From a virus (taxonomy: Duplodnaviria; Caudoviricetes), in the IMG/VR virus record IMGVR_UViG_3300044557_000107, positions 64,001-128,000 of that record: a stretch of DNA of 64,000 bases; one strand, 5' to 3'. The position numbers and the translations under genes are program-made. The notes beneath the pieces are model-generated. The model was given only the letters and a program-made list of their open reading frames with translations. It had not been told where the DNA came from and ran no database searches. Shown piece after piece: positions 58,651-64,000 of this stretch (positions are counted from its first letter, which is position 1; every line of letters starts with the position of its first letter).

Positions 58651-58885
58651 CCCTAGTATGTACTCAAAATGTACTAGGTATGAGATAATTGTAACATAAA
58701 TTTAATTTACTACTTACCCTAGTATGTACTCAAAATGTACTAGGTATGAGATGGGCGGTTCACTGGTGTTTATGTACAGTGACTCTAGTATGTACTTAAA
58801 ATGTTACTAGGTACAAGACATTATGTTTGATACGTATTTTAAGGCGTTCCCCTCGTATATATCCAAAATGTGCTAGGCATGAGGT
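58651..58885 (+). CRISPR. Mini CRISPR array: 4 repeats (36/36/37/36 nt), 3 spacers of 30 nt
   Basis: CCCTAGTATGTACTCAAAATGTACTAGGTATGAGAT exact at 58651 and 58717, degenerate at 58783 and 58850; hairpin CCTAGTA/TACTAGG; spacers unique. Confidence 0.88.
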
Positions 58886-58920
58886 TTAAAATAAATAAAT
58901 AATAAGAAAGCAGGAATATA

Positions 58921-59244
58921 ATGGCAATTAGACCAGAATACTATAAAGGCAAATCAGGACATGATATTTTCTGGGATATGGAAAATGGTAAGTACCCTGT
59001 GGAATGGGCAATCGGGTTCTGTGAGATCAACGCGGATAAATATGAAAGACGCCTGGGTAAGAAAACTAAGGATACTACGCTAGACGAGGCTAAGGCCCAG
59101 ACTTACCGTGAAGAAGCTAGAAAACTCCGCGAAATTTTTGCAGACGTGCGTAACCGAGGTGTTATTGGTAGAATGTTGCATACGATAAAGATAACACTAG
59201 GGAAATTATTGGGAACACCTCGAAGAACACGAAGAAACAAGTAA
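58921..59244 (+). CDS. DUF3310-like hypothetical protein
   Basis: RPEYY...GFCEINADKYERRLGKK...DEAKAQTY. Confidence 0.65.
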   Translation: MAIRPEYYKGKSGHDIFWDMENGKYPVEWAIGFCEINADKYERRLGKKTKDTTLDEAKAQTYREEARKLREIFADVRNRGVIGRMLHTIKITLGKLLGTPRRTRRNK

Positions 59245-59276
59245 TGGAAAATTGAGTATAATAGGAAGAAGGATAC

Positions 59277-59831
59277 ATGTTGACAGCAAAGAAAAAGCAG
59301 AAGAATAAAGTAGTTACTAAGAAAATTACTTTAGAGGATCTGTACAAGGCAGGGTGGGGGAAGCACGTAGTAGAGAACTCTCCAGGACACAAAGTAGAAA
59401 CTTGCCCGGTGTGCCAAAAGATTATCAAGTTAGGGCACCAGCTAAACGCTCAGATGACCGCAGAAGAACGTGCAGAGCGCCCCAAGATTGAGCGTCGTAA
59501 TGTTACTTTAGAAGAATATAAGACAATGAAAGAACTAATTAAAGATCGGTGGACACCTCGAGAGATTGCCGAGTGTTTAAATCGGTACCCAGAGACAATT
59601 AGACTATATCTACGTCAGAAGAATCTTCCAGTATACACCATTAAAAAGGCATATATTGTGACTAATGAAAAGACTAATAAGGTACATAAAGTATGTAGTT
59701 TAAAATCTGTAGGTTCTTTAATTGGGCTTTCTCCTTCTCGATTAAGTACTTTAATTAATTTAGGAGACACTGAAGTTCATGGATATAAAATTGATATTGA
59801 AAAGTCTAGAGTTAAAGTAGGTGAGAAATAA
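59277..59831 (+). CDS. Putative DNA-binding protein (CxxC plus two HTH-like segments)
   Basis: CPVC; TPREIAECLNRYPETIR; SLKSVGSLIGLSPSRLS. Confidence 0.6.
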   Translation: MLTAKKKQKNKVVTKKITLEDLYKAGWGKHVVENSPGHKVETCPVCQKIIKLGHQLNAQMTAEERAERPKIERRNVTLEEYKTMKELIKDRWTPREIAECLNRYPETIRLYLRQKNLPVYTIKKAYIVTNEKTNKVHKVCSLKSVGSLIGLSPSRLSTLINLGDTEVHGYKIDIEKSRVKVGEK

Positions 59832-59833
59832 AT

Positions 59834-60274
59834 ATGTTAAAAGCAATCTGTATAGGAGTTCTTATATTTCATGCGTTATATGCATTAAAATTAACATGGC
59901 ATGTAAAAGATAAACGGGTCCAAGAAGAAAATTTATCAGAACTGGAATTTTGTGAGAGATTTTTTGGACAGCAATTTTTATACTACGTGATTATGTTTAC
60001 GTTGGTAGTCTCTTATGGTATTCTTATGCTCTCTACAAGGTATCTATATCGTTATGGAAACTACGGAGGACTTACTAGATACTTATTGAGCCTTACACTA
60101 TGGTTCTTATTAGTAGATTTTCTAATATCTATTATTGAGTTATACCAGAATAAGTCTGCTACAAGTTTATTTGAGAAACACTTAACAGTTCCTAGCAAAT
60201 TAAATCGAGCATGGGACGGCTTAGATATTGCATTATTCCTTACTACAGGAATTCTTTGTGCCTTATACTTTTAG
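59834..60274 (+). CDS. Membrane protein (4 TM)
   Basis: Four hydrophobic segments. Confidence 0.65.
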   Translation: MLKAICIGVLIFHALYALKLTWHVKDKRVQEENLSELEFCERFFGQQFLYYVIMFTLVVSYGILMLSTRYLYRYGNYGGLTRYLLSLTLWFLLVDFLISIIELYQNKSATSLFEKHLTVPSKLNRAWDGLDIALFLTTGILCALYF

Positions 60275-60291
60275 GATAGGGGTGATTATTA

Positions 60292-60792
60292 ATGAGTAAC
60301 AAATATGTATTCTTAATTGAGGATAGGGCTAAAGGCATAGTTACATTGAAGAACCTAAAATTCGCCATGTCCCATTATGGAGGTCGTCTATGGATGATGA
60401 CTGTAGTTCTTCCTCAAAAGATTGGGGGAGGTTGGTATGAATCTTTGGATTATAAACTCCACTATATGTCTCCAAAAGAGAATAAAAATAATGTAATTAA
60501 GATGCTTACAAGGGATTCAGTTTCGTTAAAGGAAGCTATGCGAGCTAAACATAATTACTTATCGTCCTCTGGTAGAGAAAATCGTAAATTAAAATTAAAA
60601 ATTATACCTTTACAATCTGCGAAGAGTATAATAAATAGTATTCCCCTAGAAGTAGAGGAGCCTCAAGGGCTTGGAAGAACTATACACCGTTTAAGAAAGA
60701 TTAAGGAAAAGCAAAAAGAAAGATCGAGAGATAAGCAAAAAGAAAGATCGAGAGATAAGCAAAAGCAACATGGTCTACACCCTAAATTTTAG
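60292..60792 (+). CDS. Basic hypothetical protein with 24-bp tandem duplication
   Basis: KQKERSRD x2 near C-terminus; paralog of 54944-55396. Confidence 0.6.
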   Translation: MSNKYVFLIEDRAKGIVTLKNLKFAMSHYGGRLWMMTVVLPQKIGGGWYESLDYKLHYMSPKENKNNVIKMLTRDSVSLKEAMRAKHNYLSSSGRENRKLKLKIIPLQSAKSIINSIPLEVEEPQGLGRTIHRLRKIKEKQKERSRDKQKERSRDKQKQHGLHPKF

Positions 60793-60807
60793 AAGGGAAG
60801 CATTAAT

Positions 60808-61131
60808 GTGAAACTAAAGGCAGAAGTTGAAGTTCTTGGAGTAACATATAAAATATTTACAGAAGTTACAGACTCGGATAATCCAAGGATTAAAGGACTT
60901 GATGGTTACTGTGACTGTGTTAATGAACTCGGGCACAAGATTTACATTGCGTATTTTTCAGAGGAGCGTAAGGCTTACGAAGCCGAAGTAATTCGTCATG
61001 AGCTAGTTCATGCATTCTTGTACGAGTCTGGCTTAGATACTCAGAGTACATGGGCAAGAGATGAGGAACTAGTTGATTGGATTGCAATCCAGTTTCCTAA
61101 GATGAGTAAAGCTTTCAAAAGTATTTCTTAA
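60808..61131 (+). CDS. Small zincin-like (HExxH) protein
   Basis: GYCD...VIRHELVHAFLYESGL...EELVDWIA. Confidence 0.7.
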   Translation: MKLKAEVEVLGVTYKIFTEVTDSDNPRIKGLDGYCDCVNELGHKIYIAYFSEERKAYEAEVIRHELVHAFLYESGLDTQSTWARDEELVDWIAIQFPKMSKAFKSIS

Positions 61132-61206
61132 AACCACTTGACACACAGAAGAAAGTACAGTACACTGTAATTAGCAACAAAATAATAAAGAACAGAGGTA
61201 AGTTAC

Positions 61207-62310
61207 ATGCAAATTATTGATGATGGAAAGCACTTATTAGTTTACTCAGAACCTTTAAAGTCTTCCAACAAGCTTAACGCAAAAAAGAACTATGAAGTTC
61301 ACTTTGAAGGTGGTCCGAATGGGGTGGGTTGGCACCTTACTCGCAGTGAACCATTCTCGAAACCTGAATTTAAAATTTACGGTAATCAAATTAGTACCGT
61401 AGATGATGTCTTAGACTCCTTTAGTAAGTCCAAAAAGAGTGTTGGTGTAATTTTATCGGGTGACAAAGGTACCGGCAAAACAGTATTTTCTAAGTTATTA
61501 TCTTATAAAGCCCATAGTATGGGAATGCCTACGGTGCTTGTTAATGATAATAGTAATCCAGGAGTTGCTAACTTCATTTCTCGGATTGACACATCATCTG
61601 TTGTTATGTTTGATGAGTTTGAAAAGAAATTTCAAGATACTATGCAGGGAGTTAACCAGGATACTCAAAATGATCTTTTAAGCCTTTTCGATGGGGTCCT
61701 TGGTGGAAAGAACTTATATGTAATTACTGTTAATGATATTATCAATCTTTCTCCGTATATTTTGAATCGTCCAGGTCGTTTTATGTATTCTATTCGAATG
61801 AATCAACCTACACCAGAAGATATTCAAGCGTACTTAACCGATAAACTTATGGGAAGTCTTGAAAGCAAACAAGAAGAAATTGATTTAATTACTCGGTTTA
61901 GCTTTAAAGTACCTTTAAGTTATGATATTTTGGATACTTTGGTATTCCAAATTAATAACGGGCATAAGTTTGCGGAAGTACTACCTTCACTAAACTTGAT
62001 GAACTTTGGCGATATGGACTATAGCTTAACCGTAGTCTTTTCAAGTGGCTATGAATATCATGTACCTTCTACAGATATTGATTTATTTGCTGAGGATGTT
62101 AAAGTTAACACTGATGATATTAATTTTGATTTCCGATCTAAAGACTTTGAAGTTACAGATAAGTTCTTACAAGTTTCAGGTGATAAAATTAACCGTGTTC
62201 ATGTAGATGACATGCTCAAGGAACATGTTCAAAGTGGGATGCGGGTAGAAGATATTGACCATATTGAGATTAAGCCAGTCCGCTCGGATAACTTTGGGTT
62301 TAATTTATAG
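61207..62310 (+). CDS. AAA+ ATPase
   Basis: GDKGTGKT Walker A, MFDEFEK Walker B, NRPGRF arginine finger. Confidence 0.9.
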   Translation: MQIIDDGKHLLVYSEPLKSSNKLNAKKNYEVHFEGGPNGVGWHLTRSEPFSKPEFKIYGNQISTVDDVLDSFSKSKKSVGVILSGDKGTGKTVFSKLLSYKAHSMGMPTVLVNDNSNPGVANFISRIDTSSVVMFDEFEKKFQDTMQGVNQDTQNDLLSLFDGVLGGKNLYVITVNDIINLSPYILNRPGRFMYSIRMNQPTPEDIQAYLTDKLMGSLESKQEEIDLITRFSFKVPLSYDILDTLVFQINNGHKFAEVLPSLNLMNFGDMDYSLTVVFSSGYEYHVPSTDIDLFAEDVKVNTDDINFDFRSKDFEVTDKFLQVSGDKINRVHVDDMLKEHVQSGMRVEDIDHIEIKPVRSDNFGFNL

Positions 62311-62318
62311 TGAACACA

Positions 62319-62368
62319 TTGACTTAAGGATACCTATGTGGTATCCTTATTTTAGTTAAATGAAAGAA
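62319..62368 (+). promoter_or_regulatory. Repeated early promoter cassette, copy 3
   Basis: TTGACTTAAGGATACCTATGTGGTATCCTTATTTTAGTTAAATGAAAGAA. Confidence 0.8.
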
Positions 62369-62381
62369 AGAGGGAGATACA

Positions 62382-62666
62382 TTGAAACTATATCACGGAA
62401 CAACGGACAAGCTACCCATTAAGAATTTTGTATTACCTGCGAGTCAGACTAGGGTGCTTAGAGAAGACTTTCGAAACTACAATATCGGAGTAGTCTTTCT
62501 AACAAGCAGTCTTCCTAGTGCAGAAAAGTACGCTAAAAAAGCGGCTTCTAAATTTGGAGGGAACCCCGTAGTCTACGATTGCATTCCCATAGGTGCTTTA
62601 TCCAATAATAACAATCATGAGACTCTCTGTCGTAAAGCAGTAGTAACTGGAAAGGAATCTAATTAA
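62382..62666 (+). CDS. Small ADP-ribosyltransferase-fold-like protein
   Basis: LYHGT...VFLT....A..YA...VY pattern. Confidence 0.55.
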   Translation: MKLYHGTTDKLPIKNFVLPASQTRVLREDFRNYNIGVVFLTSSLPSAEKYAKKAASKFGGNPVVYDCIPIGALSNNNNHETLCRKAVVTGKESN

Positions 62667-62668
62667 CT

Positions 62669-62812
62669 ATGCAGATGATAACTAAAGTCTTTGTAGTCTA
62701 TGCTAAACAGCCTATTAAAGCATTCACAGATAAGCAACTAGCAGATAGTCTTGCTCACAAGTACCCACAAGCTAAAGTGGAAACTGTACAATTAGCTATA
62801 GATTCTTTGTAG
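62669..62812 (+). CDS. Small hypothetical protein (47 aa)
   Basis: MQMITKVFVVYAKQPIKAFTDKQLADSLA...; RBS AAGGA. Confidence 0.5.
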   Translation: MQMITKVFVVYAKQPIKAFTDKQLADSLAHKYPQAKVETVQLAIDSL

Positions 62813-62880
62813 GTAGTGCTTGACAATCTTGGCAATAGGAGTTAGTATTAGAGCATAGAAATAGAAAGTAGGTAGTTTAA

Positions 62881-63606
62881 ATGAGTGAAAAAGTCTATAA
62901 AGTTGGGGACAAAGTTAGAATTAGAAAAGATTTAAAAAAATTATACATGAATGGGGAAAGTGACTATGGAGTAACTCATGGTATGCTACATTATGCCAAT
63001 AACGTAGCTTTTATTACAAAGGTGTTTTCGGACGGTTCTTTCCATATTACCCTAGATGGTGGTCGTTGGTGTTGGGGCGCTGATTGTACTTCAGAGACAT
63101 CCGAAGAAAACGATCTAGTTGAGGTTCCCCAATGGTTTGATGAATGGTATAATACTCTTAAAGGACTAAATGTTTATCCAAAAGAAGTTAAGTTACTAGC
63201 AATCCATAAGCTTACTCAGCAAGGATATGGTTGTGGTTTTACAGATCCTCTAAAGATCTTGGATGGTACTGATGGCTGTCCTTGGGAGCAACACTCAGAG
63301 GAGGATCTGTATACTGCTGAGCGTGCAGGTTATGTGAATAGTCATAAACTAGATCTAATTAGTGCAGTAATTAATGGATATACTGTTATTAAGGAACCTG
63401 ATTTGTATAACATTCCACTTCCTTATCTGACAACATCAGAAGGCGACCCTCAGTATCTATCCGCGAGAGGACTTCCTGGGTCAGAAAGTGTGTCATTCTT
63501 TGCCTGTCCTAAAAACGCAAGGCTTAAGCAAACTTTCGCAGAAGAAGAGTTAAATTACATTCCGAGTGACTACAAACAGTATGCAAAGAAGGTGCAAGAT
63601 GACTAA
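62881..63606 (+). CDS. Hypothetical protein (SH3-like N-terminus, DUF1642-like centre)
   Basis: YKVGDKVRIRKDL; VEVPQWFDEW...INGYTV. Confidence 0.65.
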   Translation: MSEKVYKVGDKVRIRKDLKKLYMNGESDYGVTHGMLHYANNVAFITKVFSDGSFHITLDGGRWCWGADCTSETSEENDLVEVPQWFDEWYNTLKGLNVYPKEVKLLAIHKLTQQGYGCGFTDPLKILDGTDGCPWEQHSEEDLYTAERAGYVNSHKLDLISAVINGYTVIKEPDLYNIPLPYLTTSEGDPQYLSARGLPGSESVSFFACPKNARLKQTFAEEELNYIPSDYKQYAKKVQDD

Positions 63607-64000
63607 ATACATCAAAACAGGAACAACCGAGTTTGAACAGTTTGATGGTTCAGATGAAATGTGCGAAAAGTATAGCATTAGAAAAGACACAGAATACCTG
63701 ATTTCTGATGACCCGCTGGAATACCAGATAGCCCCATATCAGATAGAATCATTAGAAGGTTGGTTAAATCTTAACGTTGGTGATTGGATTGCAACAGGAG
63801 CCGAAGGTGAACACTGGCCAGTCCACGATGAGACTTTCAAAAAGGCCTACAAGAAGTTGCCAAAGTTAACTAGACCTGTGTCGCGATATCTTGAATATTG
63901 TAAGGAACATTGGAGTCTGAATGACGCATTCTTAAACGCGGAATATCTGGTGCCTAGTAATGGCGCTCTAGAAGTATTTGACTATCTTAGCGAGCACCCC
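63599..64000 (+). CDS. Phage protein, partial (runs off window end)
   Basis: MTKYIKT...EQFDGS...LEGWLNLNVGDWIATGAEGEHWPV. Confidence 0.65.
   Translation, partial: MTKYIKTGTTEFEQFDGSDEMCEKYSIRKDTEYLISDDPLEYQIAPYQIESLEGWLNLNVGDWIATGAEGEHWPVHDETFKKAYKKLPKLTRPVSRYLEYCKEHWSLNDAFLNAEYLVPSNGALEVFDYLSEHP

Noticed and set aside
58820-58849. Self-targeting by spacer 3 (TTATGTTTGAT also at ~61604)
   Set aside because: Only 11 nt match in AT-rich DNA, expected by chance. No full protospacer for any spacer or guide was seen by eye, though the search was not exhaustive.
1244-61681. Short opposite-strand or alternate-frame ORFs in the track (e.g. 1244, 3328, 6646, 7302, 12496, 15564, 15601, 28200, 30074, 42580, 46072, 53711, 57005, 57948, 61460)
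   Set aside because: Shadow ORFs nested within well-supported genes, lacking RBS or motifs.

Overview
This window is part of a large, AT-rich lytic myophage genome with Herelleviridae (Twort/SPO1-like) organisation. The host is probably a Lactobacillaceae species, inferred from an Apf-type LysM gene, PnuC/NadR and the gene content. 1-34.5 kb (minus strand) is the virion module: terminase, portal, protease, scaffold, major capsid, neck, sheath, tube, chaperones, tape measure, tail lysin, spike and baseplate. It is driven by a recurring late-promoter motif, CTA(T/G)ATTAT. 34.6-64 kb (plus strand) is accessory: a tRNA/ncRNA island at 38.3-41.7 kb, NAD and nucleoside salvage genes, and many small early genes. 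The main signal is RNA-guided nucleases in three configurations. (i) A 462-aa TnpB/Cas12f-like RuvC protein (56959-58347) is followed by its own promoter, a ~250-nt structured leader and a compact CRISPR-like array of four ~36-nt repeats with three 30-nt spacers (58651-58885), with no cas1/cas2 in the window. This is a candidate phage-encoded miniature type V system. (ii) Two tnpB genes without tnpA each carry a cis omegaRNA. (iii) Two stand-alone, promoter-equipped copies of the first tnpB's omegaRNA scaffold, with different guides, lie 27 kb away in the tRNA island. Other notable items are a 73-aa protein copying the terminase Q-motif and Walker A, a tRNA split by an HNH gene, a ~770-nt GOLLD/ROOL-like ornate RNA, a tRNA with UAU anticodon and long variable arm, WalR-like boxes upstream of the LysM gene, and a PnuC-NUDIX-NadR cassette. 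All calls are from reading the sequence by eye; no searches were run.
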